A stretch of DNA of 64,000 nucleotides from Botryllus schlosseri. Taxonomy: Eukaryota. This document shows positions 1-11,482 of this stretch, piece by piece. The DNA lies in assembly GCA_051294905.1 (NCBI GenBank), contig CM119376.1, positions 24,118,001 to 24,182,000 on the forward strand, given 5' to 3'. Under the pieces are notes generated by a model. It did not search any database, had not been told where the DNA came from, and saw only the letters and a program-made list of their open reading frames with translations. Position 1 is the first letter of the stretch. The number at the start of each line of letters is the position of its first letter. Position numbers and translations under genes: made by a program.

Positions 1-101
1 AAAAAAGGTCATAACTTCGGATTTGTTTTGCGCAACGTAGATTTTCTGTGCGCAGAGACCGTGTCAGCACTGCGCACGTGCGCAGCTTAGAGGGAACATT
101 G
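1..101. mobile_element. Right end of a hAT-type MITE (TIR ...AGCTTAGAGGGAACATTG), cut by the window edge
   Basis: Near-identical to 30178-30278; ends in the reverse complement of a CA(G/A)TGTTCCCTCTAAG-type terminus; contains the 16-bp palindrome CTGCGCACGTGCGCAG (70-85). Confidence 0.75.
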
Positions 102-1814
102 CACCTCACTCAGCTCTACCGGTAAATCTGGTAGCGTGAGCAGAGAGGACAAGGAATTGATAGCAAAATATACGCAATTCCCGATCTTACTGACCGATTT
201 TATCATGAATTATCGAAAGTTTTTGCGCTTCGCACTGGCTCGCTAAACAGTACAGCTGATTTCGTGGCAAAAGCGAACAAAGTGATGGGGGCGGTCGGTT
301 TATCACCCTATATGGGAGCCCAAGATCCAAGTTTTTTCGGCGGGCCTGACGAAGTGCCGTTTCGTTCCTGCCAACGGGTATACGCCCGAAGATGTATAAT
401 TCTTATTGAGGGGTCCTACCTTTTCAATCACACATCACTGAGCTCTACCGGTAAATCTGTTTACGTGAGAAGAGAGAGCATGAAAATTGATATCAATATA
501 CATGCAATTCCCAATTATATTGACCAATTCAATCATTAAGTATTGAAACTTTTCGCGCTTCACGCGTCTAGATGAGAATAGCTGGCTCAGCAGTGGACAG
601 TGGACACCCAATGTAGATGACTAGTAGGCTATCAGCAAATAGCGGATAGCAGAATGGGGGTCTGGGGGCGAAGCCTGCCGTAAGATTGGTTTATCACCCG
701 ATGGGGGCCCAAGACCAACGTTTTGAATAAGTTCAATTATTAATTACGTGCCCTTTATTTTCCCATACAACAGCTCACTCAGCGCTACTGGTAAATCTGA
801 TTCCGTGGGCTGAGAGGATAAAAAATTTATAGCGGCTTATATATGTAACTACCACCTATTCATTCATGCATTATAGAAAATTTTGGTACCTAGGGCGACC
901 AGGCCACACACACTTTGCCGACCATCGAAATCACGCTACGGGTTTCTTGTGGGCTAAGCCCTCAGAAGTTGGGTTTATCGCGCTATGGGTGCGTAAGGCA
1001 ATCGTTTTAGGGGATTGGCGAAGTGCTGTTACGGCCCTCCCTCTTACTCATTGTCTTTATTACATTCCTTACAATATGAGGTTGGGGGGCGCTGGAGCAC
1101 AATAATTTTTGAAAGGGGGCGCTGGAGGAAAAAAGGTTAAGAACCACTGGTATATTACAATTAAACATCTTCGGGCGGGCGAACCCGTTGGTATAATGAC
1201 TTCGCTACATTATGTTATTTCGTGACCCCCTGTCTGCCATGTTAAAAGATATTGAAATCGCCCAAACATACTAAACTATAAAAGACGCACACGACTTCAA
1301 ATTGGTGCTTCTTCATTGGCAAATAATTTTTCCCTGTGGGATGGCATTTGTCTTGTGGGGTTCAGATTGCCAGGACAAGAACATTCGACGCCAGCCATTT
1401 AGGCGCCTATGGACAATTAAACATAGATGTATATTGTATATATATCTAAGTTTTCGGTCAGCATAAGGGTAGTCCTTTTCAGTCAAAGTTTTCTCGCTGC
1501 CGATCCTTCTGGTACATTTTGGAGTAGCATGTTACATGGCCAAATATTGCATATGTCTTGGTGCGTCGGGGCGCGGTAATGATCGGTGCCGATATGCTTA
1601 TTTCTATAAATCAAGCGTATTTTTTCTTGGTGGAAAAGTACCCAATCATGAAGATATTTGGCAACTTTGTATCGCGCCAGGTGCGAAATAATTTTGAAAA
1701 AGTTGCATATATTTCCAAAAAAAATAATGTAATTTATGATGATTCACGAAATAATCCCCCCCCCCCACACCACCCGTCCAATTAGGGGTTTGAGGTGAGG
1801 CAGTTACGGCCCTG
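102..1814. mobile_element. Rearranged fragments of the same non-autonomous element family as 11483-13371
   Basis: 102-880 matches the ~320-bp subrepeat units of 11680-12140 in reverse complement. 1150-1814 matches 12147-12420 plus 13060-13371 in direct orientation and ends in GTTACGGCCCTG, the inverse of the CAGGGCCGTAAC terminus. Confidence 0.7.
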
Positions 1815-1963
1815 ATTATTTCCTTGGAGTTCACACAATATGATTCCGAATCGACCAATTTCTTCAATATTTCAATCCTGATTATAGACCTGGTCATTGG
1901 TCATATCAACTGGTGGTGTAAACACCAAAATTTACTAAAAACCACTCATGCGTGGTACAATAC

Positions 1964-2353
1964 CTTGCTTCTCATTTTTTCAGCGAAAAGAAATCCTGAA
2001 ATCGTCAAACTGAACCCATAGCAAACAGGTGCAATACACCAAATGAGACCCAGCGACGGGGAGTAGACTGTTTCGGCCACACCGTTGATTGATCCTCCTC
2101 CAACCCATGATGCTGATAAAATATTATTTTGATACTTACACATCAATGTCACTCGTCACCTCACAAACCGTCAACGTAATTCACCAGTCATTGTACTAAT
2201 CCCTAACCACAGACCGATATCTTTAGCCCCTACAATCATTAACTCTGCAGGCTTATCTGCTTTTCGATTTTCCGTGAATTTCGCAGCCAATATCCCAACC
2301 AGTGCAATGACCAAGTAAAAAAATACTATTGATATTAGTAGGATGACGTCCAT
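1964..2353 (-). CDS. SLC5A7: SLC5A7/CHT1-like solute:sodium symporter paralog, exons 1-2 only (remainder presumably left of the window, or a truncated copy)
   Basis: Exon 1 2353-2185 (MDVILLISIVFFYLVIALVGILAAKF...GAKDIGLWLGISTMT), 72-nt GT-AG intron, exon 2 2112-1964 (ASWVGGGSINGVAETVYSPSLGLIW...KMRSK) then a GT donor. Exon lengths (169, 149 nt) equal those of the copy at 47880. Matches the CHT1 N-terminus (GGRDIG...ATWVGGGYINGTAE). Confidence 0.85.
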
Positions 2354-3199
2354 AACGCTAATCTGTTAGTAACTTGGAGCATATGAAATCATTTTTGCTT
2401 GATTCAAAAAGGTAGCGTTGTAGCATTTAAGTATATAGCTGTTGTGTGCTGCATATGCACTGAAATTTAACAAAAACTGCTGAGCATTGTATTTGAAAAC
2501 CTCAACTTTCTATGAAAAGTAGTAACAAATTTGGATATTATAAATGAATGCGAATGGAATGAGCTATTACCAAATATGACGAGTATAGCTTGATTGACTT
2601 CGTGCACCCATCGCAGTGAATATGACACATATTACCAATTCAATTATTCCAGAACGGCCATCAACGCAACTTCATAGGAAATATATTCGATAAAAATGCA
2701 AATAATAGTAGTAGTAGCAGCCTAGATTAGGTTCACTGAGGCGCCCAAAATCACGGAACAATTCAGAATATATGTTTGGACCAAGCAAGCATCCTAAAAC
2801 AGGGATGTCAAACCCAAATTGCCACGCGGGCCAGATTCAAACTTGAGTTCGCTTGCGGGCCGGACCTGTCAAATGATTCCATAACGTCACTTCATATCCT
2901 TGTTCTTCACTTGTTTTGGGTAATATTATATTACCTTTATTTACGAACAGTGGAATTGGCAAAATACGATGATTGACAGTCATACATACTGATAAAACAG
3001 TGGCGTTGACCGACTGATTTCAATCGTAATCTGGCGTTAGACCTGTTCATGAGTTTTGAGAAATACAAGAGATTTAACTCTAAATCGGACATTGTAATTG
3101 GCCCATTATCGTGAATCTAATTGATCTGGAGGTCGGGGACCTTTTGAGTCGGAAGTGACACAGCTGTGTGCGAGCTCGAATATCTGAATTACATTTGTG

Positions 3200-3976
3200 C
3201 AGAGCTGGTCAGTAACAAAGTACTTCTACTTTTTGGAAGTACTCAAATAGTTTTCCTCTACTTCTGGTACTTACTCAAGTAGATCTGATTTTCTCTACTT
3301 CTACTTCTACTTCGTAATATTTTGTGATCTAATTACTTACTTTTCGCAATTTTGGGTTTGTCAAGTAGAAGTAGTTTAATCCCCCAATACGAAATATAGC
3401 CAGAGGAATTTTAGGGCTGTTTTCACGGAGTATCGACATTTAATATTCATAAAAATCAAGTAAAGCCCAGAAATTTTGTTGCGCTTCGCGCACAGTAGTT
3501 ATGGAGTGACAAATATGCTTTCACGAAAGTATCAGTGAATATAATTTAGGTACCGGATTGCTTATGGTTCCGCTCACATCGCATTGTCACCCATATCAAA
3601 TATTTCATCACAATAAACTTGGACAAAAGACATGAAATACATTTTCCGCTTTTTAGAAGTGGTAATGGTATTTCACTTTCAATTCCAAGTTTGATACTCG
3701 GAGTATCATACTTTGGGTTCTAATTACTTTCAGATCTTTTGTCTGCAGACCATACATGTTGAATCATAAAAGCAAGTGTAGTAATGCCTTTATTAAGACT
3801 GTTTTCAAAACTACTTACTTACTTGAGTAGATTTAAAGTCAGTCAATTCTACTTCTACTTCAAGTAGTTTTAGGTGTCTTATGGAGGAAGTGCTTCTAAT
3901 CGTACTTGAGTAGATTTTTTCGTCGCTACTTCTACTTCTACTTGAGTAGCTTTCTTGACTACTTTGACCACCTCTG
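3200..3976. mobile_element. Non-autonomous hAT-like element, 'CAGAGGTGGTCA / TACTCAAGTAG' family
   Basis: Termini CAGAGCTGGTCA...TGACCACCTCTG; 8-bp TSD CATTTGTG/CATTTATG (1 mismatch); subterminal CTACTT/AAGTAG repeats. Other copies at 4525-5340, ~38990-39337 and 42188-43661, with degenerate pieces near 15578-15830 and 57700-58090. Confidence 0.85.
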
Positions 3977-4264
3977 CATTTATGTGTATAACTATTATAT
4001 TCTCCATGTAATCCGCATATAACGGCTCCACATTGACGTTTTCGCCACTGTGAAAATAAACTATTTTTTTTCTCCATTCTTCCAGAAAACTCTGAACTCG
4101 GCGTGAATCCGTCTTGCCTTCTCGAAATTGGGTGTGTAATATCACCGACTTGTTCCTATTAAATGCAGTGCAACCATAACACCGCAGTCGGGTGTTGAAA
4201 ATGTGACATATGAACAAATTTGACATGCTCGAAATTATTGATTAATTTAAAATGTCTATGTTCT

Positions 4265-5494
4265 AATCTATGTATTGCGCATGACTCGAACCAATTCATT
4301 GTAATTTCGAAGAATAGTAAAGTAACCACGCAATTGGGATTTCGTCTATTGGTATTGGCACTTGAAAATGCGACCAGAAACTGCTAAAAGTGAGGAAAAT
4401 GAGTATATTATAAATGCGAACCATTCGATATCATCGAGCAGAGTTTTAAAAAGTGGATACAACAAGACTCTTACTGGAAACTGAGTAGTCAACACATAAT
4501 GACTTGGACTCGGACTCGAGTATTTTTCGTCTGCTTCTGGTACTTACTCAAGTAGATCTGATTTTCTCTACTTCTACTTCTACTTCGTAATATTTTGTGA
4601 TCTACTTACTTACTTTTCGCTAGTTTCAGTTTGTCAAGTAGAAGTAGTTTAATCCCCTAATACCAAAGATAGCCTGAGGAATTTCGAGGCTGTTTTCACA
4701 GAGTACCAACATTTAATATTCATAAAAGTCAAGTAAAGCCCAGAAATTTAGTTGCGCTTTGCGCACAATAGTTATGGAGTGACAAATATGTTTTTACGAA
4801 AGTATCAGTGAATATAATTTAAGTGCCTGATTGCTTGGTTCCGCTCACACCGCATTGTCGCCCATATCAAATATTTCATCATAGTATAACGTTTGAATCA
4901 ACCGTTTTGCAATCTAGCAATTACCCATTATTTCGTAATCAAGCAGCCCATGACGTGCCCTGCTAATCTGGAAAGTCCGGCTTCCGGGGTCATCTAGTAA
5001 ACATTTTCATATTAATACTATAATTTACCTCTCATGATGCGAAAGAATGGTTATTCTGTCGAAAATTGATACCTCCTGGGATGCATCAATGCGAATCAAG
5101 CTCTCTGAAAATTACGCATAGCTCAATTTGCAGCTTTTGACAAGCCATTCGAACGAATTAAGACTGTTTTCAAAACTACTTACTTACTTGAGTAGATTTA
5201 AAGTCGGTCAATTCTACTTTCACTTAGAGTAGTTTTAGTTGGCTTATGGAGAAGTACTTATACTCTTACTTGAGTAGATTTTTTCGTCGCTACTTCTACT
5301 TCTACTTGAGTAGCTTTCTTGACTACTTTGACCACCTCTGGCACAATACCATATGACTCGGACTCGAGCCTCTTCTCGCTGACTTAGGCTCGGACTTGAT
5401 TCGGTGGTGAATTGAGAACGACTCGACTCGAGTCAAAACTATAAAAGTGAGATTGACTTGTGACTCGGAGCTGTGTGACTTGGTTACAGTCCTG
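4265..5494. mobile_element. Partial 'GACTCGAGTC' family element (4265-4520 and 5341-5494) interrupted by a TACTCAAGTAG-family copy (4525-5340)
   Basis: The two flanks join into the sequence seen intact at 56677-57217. The inner segment ends with TGACCACCTCTG at 5340 and matches 3200-3976 and 42188-43661. Confidence 0.75.
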
Positions 5495-5669
5495 CCATAT
5501 CCTTTACAGAGGCTATATGCTGCTACTGTGCAGAAATACTACAGCTGTCAATACCAAGGAAGAGAGAGTCATCGACAGTCGACACGTCATAAATGTGATC
5601 CGACATGGCCAACTAAAACATCGCCTTGGATTCGGTCATCTTCAAACTCGCGTTATGATTACTTGATGT

Positions 5670-5900
5670 CTAGAATATCTGATTCCACAGACTACTCCAA
5701 GTCGCTTTGACACCTTCCGAGGCTACTCCAAGTTGTTTCGATACCTTACTATCTTTTCATTGTATCGCAGTCTTGTGATGTTTTGAAATGATGAAAATAT
5801 TATTAAAACTAATTGATTGATTGATTGATATTTTCATTATATCGTATTTTTGTGGTGTATTGAACTGATAAAATTGCTAATAAAACCAATGATGATAAAA
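5670..5900. repeat. Dispersed repeat (GACTACTCCAAGTCGTTTCGACACC...TTTCATTGTATCGC family)
   Basis: Similar segments at 33200-33340 and 46975-47050, and in reverse complement at 14420-14470 and 63465-63520. Confidence 0.6.
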
Positions 5901-6104
5901 ATTGCTAATAAACTTACACAAAAACGCTACTCCGCCGACAGCCTGCGATTGATTCCAGACAAACTAGATGAAGCCCCGTCTTCTGGTGATATGATGATAT
6001 GAATTGATAAACGTGTTAAAAAATCATCCGATCTCTTGATTTTGGCCATTGTGGGATGCGTTGGAAGGAATATGGCGAACCCGCCACGCGGTGTTGTACT
6101 TTAC

Positions 6105-6337
6105 GAGAGAGAGAGAAATGGTATTCTTTTTCGCCTGCACCATCGAGATGCTTTGACGACGGAGTTGCGATACGGCCCCGTGAGGTCATCTAGTCTGCGC
6201 CCCCGCGTTTTTTCTCCTCCATGCGTGATTGGATAGCTGCGGATACCAATCTTTAAGTCTTTGGTATGACCCGGCCGGGGATCGACCCACGACCTACCGC
6301 TCGAGAAGCCGGACGCATAACCATTACACTATCTCGC
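6105..6337 (-). mobile_element. tRNA-derived SINE
   Basis: The minus strand reads GCGAGATAGTGTAATGG (A-box) ... GGGTCGATCCC (B-box-like), then GGTCATACCAAAGAC body, ending in a (TC)n tail at 6105-6116. There is no acceptor-stem pairing, so it is not a functional tRNA. Confidence 0.7.
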
Positions 6338-7001
6338 TCTAATAAGCGATGATCTTGGACTAAAGAAGTTTGTAGAATGTAGATAGTACGACCAATATCT
6401 AGCTATATGATTTGATTACATAATTTTCCGGTGTTGTGAAATATCCTTGAATCGAACTTTTCTGTAAACTGAAAGTGAAACTGAAAGTCTATGCATTCCG
6501 CCTTTTTGTCAGAGAGAAATGTTTCTAAACGTCCGTATTGATGTTTGCTATGGTTGAGTTCCTTCGGTGTTTGGAAAGTGCTGTAATGTGATTTGTGAAA
6601 ACAACAACGGTCACCGTCCTGTAGTGGGCGTATCTCTGGACTAGGGTTGTACAATTTTGGCGCTTTTGAGAGGTGTCTGACTTTTGGTTTGCCTCAAATA
6701 TAACGTATAACTCGTTATTTTACGCTAACATGTCTTAGGACGTTCGCATACTGCTCTACGTATTATTATTGTTGTATTTTCCTATTTCTATTCTTGCAAT
6801 ACTCGTGTGCTCGAACTCAGCGATAAAATTGAGATTGACCATATTTAACCTTCGCATTTTGGCCCTTTGTCTGTCAATAGATCATGAATTTAAATGTAGT
6901 TGGAACATAGGCTGCATCTGCTTCTGCAGTGGAAAAAGATCGGACGTCTGATGACGTCTGATTTCTAACAACATTTGTACCACGAAATTCTGAGCCCTAC
7001 G

Positions 7002-10000
7002 ATGCAAGACCGCCCTGATTCAACGAAACCGGAAAATGTCGGATATTCTCTGGGAAAGATTCTGGTATTCATGACCTGTGCAGCAATGATTTTACAATCT
7101 GCGTTAGGTATGAAGTATTGTCGCAATTGTACGATAGCAATTTGGCAACTTCTTATCTGGACAGACAAATTACAACTTCCGTTGGCTACTGATGAATTCG
7201 AGAATGAGCCTCATTTGGATCTCGCCCACATGCGGAGTGAAGAATATTGCAACAGACCTGGATCTGGTGAAGAAATCCATGGATTGGAAGGTTATTTATC
7301 TTTTAGAAATTAGTGTATAATGACGCGTAGTTGTGAAGTTTTACGATAACGAACATGCATTCAGTGACGGAAAGAGAAATACATTATTGCAAAGCTACAT
7401 GTCGTAGCCATTATCCATAATAGTCTGTTGGGCTGATTGCCTCGCCATTTCATTCTGAGCCCTGAGCACACTGCGTACGTATACAGTAGCAGTAGATGCA
7501 GCACTGGATGCAACCGACTAATTTTTCAAATTTAGAAGAGTAGTCTAGTTTTAAATAGACATATCTCCAAGTATATGTTAGGCTACTCGATGTTTCCGAT
7601 ATTATGTTGTCAGAATCACAATATGCTTCAGAACATTCGCTGGTCTACTGAATTATAACACAACCAACTAACACCAACTTCTTTTGCGGCAGGTTCTTGC
7701 GCAAGATAGAAAGGTGGGAAATTGTAGATTCCGCATCAATTCATGGCAGATGAAGTGTGCAATCTTAGCTCTAGATTTCAATCAATTATAGAATGCCAAT
7801 TGCATGCAATAGCAGTGTTCAATTCTAGTTCTTTTTATAATTCTGAATTGACGGCATATTAATTTGCTTTGGAATTGAAGTGAACACTAGTTTTGCCAAG
7901 TCCTGATCGTTATACCGGTAATCAAGTTTGTGTTCAATTCTGAGCAAGCAATCTGAGAGTGAAAAATATATTACAACTCTACGTAGGCCTGATATGTACT
8001 GCAAGTCCATGGCACAACCATACTGCAAGTGCACGGTGATCAGGCTCTACCAGAAACTATAGAAATACGGTTTGACTTGGCAAAACATGTGGTTGGTTGC
8101 GACATTTAGTTGTCGAAAACTTAATTGGAATGTTTACTTCTGAAATTGTCGACTGTTTGGCGCCTAATTAGATTCTGGCATCTAGTAATGATCATGATTA
8201 ATTCCCCATTTAGTTTTGGTTAGTGTCTTTCAACCTGTAGATATCGAGATATTCATCCTCACACAGTATTATTCATATGTTGTTTCCAATGTTGGGACTT
8301 CAGTCATGCTTAACTCAAGTGAAATATCTAAAATGAATCTATGATTGTATCAAAGAATTACTGTATTTTGTAGTCCAATAAGGTTCGGTGTTTTCCAGGC
8401 TAGCATGATGAAGACTAAGTGCGCTCACTCACTATAAACTGCAATAGCCAATCTTTTGATCTAGTAGAAATTTGCTAACCTAACTATGATATCCACTCCA
8501 AAATTTCCATGACTCTCTTCTTTTGTATTCTGAAACTATTGCTTCATGCGAAAGATTAGAAATTCCCTTGCTCTAGAATTAATTTTTGTAGACTTATGCG
8601 ACTTTTTATTCAATTCTTTGTACTCTAAGTTGCCTAACTTCTGATACCTGCTTACGGGAACAATTATACTATTTACCGGTAATTGATTGTGGGGTATTGA
8701 GCACTTTCATGCACCTATGATTCACAATCCATTATATAAGGAACTGATTATAGAGATTTTTCCAATTAATTATTCATAATGTGCAGGCGTTTCAAAAGAC
8801 AGTCGTAGACTGCTAGTTTTGGAAGTAGTACAAATTATGGAATGAAAATGTCACAGTTAATTCGGATCTGTGTTGGGTTTCAGTCACATCTGTAATTGCA
8901 CACTATTCGGGAGGGTGGAGATGTTTGACGTTTGTTTGGTTCACGTGAGTGTATGTAAACCACAGTTACTTTTGCTTCAGGCGTGCACCCTGTTTCCAGC
9001 ATGAAACTTCTTGGTGCCGTTCTTCTAATACGGCATGGCGATCGGCTGCCTATCTCGCGACCACCTGTAGCTCTTCAGAATCTTGTAAAGAGGAATTCTT
9101 GTTTTCTTGGTCACCATGCACAGCCTTCAACACCTTTACTTTATCAGTTTATCAAAACAGTATGAAATTTGTAATCTGACCTTTCAGCAAATTTCGCTAC
9201 CTTTAATTATGTTTCAGATTACTAAATATGAAAATGCAATCAAAACCATGATTACTCCGTCTCTTCGAGACTACGCTCTTCTTCCTGACACATGTTCAGA
9301 TATATCCATTACTCAATCTGGGATTGTTCAAATGCTGAAACTGGGAAAATACTTGGGGGATCGTTATATAACGAAAGAAATGGGTACCAACCATTTGACA
9401 AGTTTTGCTGGAAATCTCCTCATAACCTTGATTTTTGTCTATTCCTAGGAAGCAGCCAAGATATCGTGCTGTCGACATCCAGATTTGACAGGACGTATCA
9501 ATGTTTGCTATCGTTTCTGTATGGCTTTGCTCAAGACGATTTTTTGAAACTTTTGTCCAATGGAATAGATTCCTCAAGTTCAATCTATTTTTGCGACGGC
9601 GATAAATCTGATTCTCCAGCATTCGGGTCTAGCTGCAAATGCCCGCATGCTATCAATATCCCGAACTTGCGAAGATCGCTCAGATACTGGAATGTCACCA
9701 AACCCTCCATCAAGTTCCTATATCAGCTACTCGAACTGGAAGATCATAGGGAAAGTGACCAGCCGGCCATATCACCAAGCCGAGTTTGGGATTGGTTGGT
9801 CTCGGATTACTACTGTTCCGGGCGAAACCCGCCATGTTTTCCGAATGCAGATGGAGAACTTAATGAATGTTTGAATGCCTCTGTTATTGCTGACCTTATC
9901 GAATTGGTGGAGGAAAATCAGAAGCAAATGATAATCAACCCTGAATACATCAAGGTCAGCTTATTTATTATTGCATTTTTATATCCCTTATGTCAGTTAT

Positions 10001-11035
10001 GTAACTATTCCAGTGTTGTAGTGACATATTCAGCCTGGCTATGGTTATTTAGGTAGGGTTACCATACGTCCTCTTTTTTGACTTTTTTGAAAGTGTCCTC
10101 GGAGGACGCCTTTTTGTCCTCTTTTTTGAGATCTTGTCCTCTTTTTTGAAAATTTAGGTAATATTTAGAGCAAAATGCGAGTGATATGCTGTAAATTAGC
10201 ACAGAAGTGACGCTCCGGCTGGGCGAAAAGTTGCCGTTTTGTTGCCATTTTCTTTTTTTTCTTCTTTTTATTAGTCAACCACCAGCAATGTGGAGAGAAA
10301 AGCGGTATTTTGAGCTCTGAGCGAAAAGTTGACCCCGATCACAAAGTGGGAAAAATTTACCGATTTTTGAGAATTCTTCTCCGGTTTTGCAAGTCTCAAA
10401 TTTCTGCAAAAGTGTCCTCTTTTTAGATTTCCAAAATATGGTAACCCTAATTTATGGACCCATCTCCCACACGGGAGATAAAGTTGTTTGATTTTAGTTT
10501 GTTGACACATGGATTAAATCCAGTATCGTAAACACTGTTAAATCCATGGACTGTGTATGCATGACGGGTATACTCAAAATAATTTATTTCACAGGGAGCA
10601 AGCCTCGTCGTGTATCCGTTATTGTCTTCCATCAATAGAAAATTTCAAGAGCTCCTGAAGGCATTTCGGCAAATAACTGAAATACAAACAAAGCAGCCAT
10701 ATCTCTGGGTGGTTTCTAGCCACGATGTGACAATGGGTCCTTTGTTCACCGCCTTGCAAAAACTGTCGTTGAGGAAAGTTCCCTACGCCACTCGCCTTGT
10801 TTTTGAACTCTGGGCGGATGAATCAAGCCGTCATGGATCAAGTTCCAGCGAAGCGAAGTCTCAAATCAGAATACTTCTGAACGGTGAAGATATCTCCAAA
10901 CAAACTTCGATATGCAGGCACTGTGATGAATCCGGATTGTGCACACTAGACTGTTTTTCTTCCTTCCTCAATGTCACGTTTTTTAAAAATATAAATGAAG
11001 TCGATTTTCGTACTGCTTGTAACTCCTATCCATAA
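7002..11035 (+). CDS. PXYLP1: 2-phosphoxylose phosphatase 1 / acid phosphatase-like 2 (histidine phosphatase, type II membrane)
   Basis: Exons 7002-7107, 7165-7290, 8981-9159, 9218-9383, 9449-9954, 10595-11035 are all GT-AG and phase-consistent (1524 nt, 507 aa). N-terminal hydrophobic anchor; catalytic RHGDR motif; SHDVT; ATRLVFELW and IRILLNGEDI match PXYLP1 (AARLIFELW, VRILYNGVDV). AATAAA near 11109. The start codon is the least certain element. Confidence 0.88.
10054..10449. mobile_element. MITE with TAGGGTTACCATA termini in PXYLP1 intron 5
   Basis: TAGGGTTACCATA...ATATGGTAACCCTA inverted termini and internal GTCCTCTTTTTT repeats. TSD not clean. Confidence 0.75.
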
Positions 11036-11482
11036 CTTCAATAGCCTCTTGCCCAATGAGTTGGTATATTATGTTTTCAAATTATATGCAAGGTTGATCA
11101 TGATTCACAAATAAAGAGCAATGCTGATTAATTATTTTGCATGTACTCTAGAATAGGTGTTAGTAGAAGGACTTTCTCAATAAATGTGGATGAGGGGCAC
11201 TGAATCTGTTTGAAAAACTGATGTCATTGGTGCGTTCATTTATAGAGATATTTCAATCTAGCCTAGGTGAGCAGAAACCTGATATTGGCCTCTGCGATAT
11301 TGCTGGTTTTCGGGCGAGCAGGGTTATTCGTACTAATTCCGAGCACGTGTGTAATCACTAATCACGAGTCGAAAGAATCATCCGTTAACGCATTCGTGAT
11401 GAAACATGCCTCAAAATCACATAGCCTAATCGAGTCAACTGAACCGTCTTTTTGTTTTAGATATGAATTCCCATAGCAGAGG

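Noticed and set aside
264-539. Similar ORFs at 264-539 (+) and 11687-11962 (-) suggesting a small gene family
   Set aside because: Both fall in the same non-coding subrepeat of a transposon family, and the frames are not preserved in the other units.
3811-4226. ORFs with KKSTQVEVEV-like repeats
   Set aside because: These are translations of the CTACTT/AAGTAG subterminal repeats of the MITE.
6265-6337. Possible tRNA gene
   Set aside because: A and B boxes are present, but there is no acceptor-stem pairing and the sequence continues into a SINE-like body and tail.
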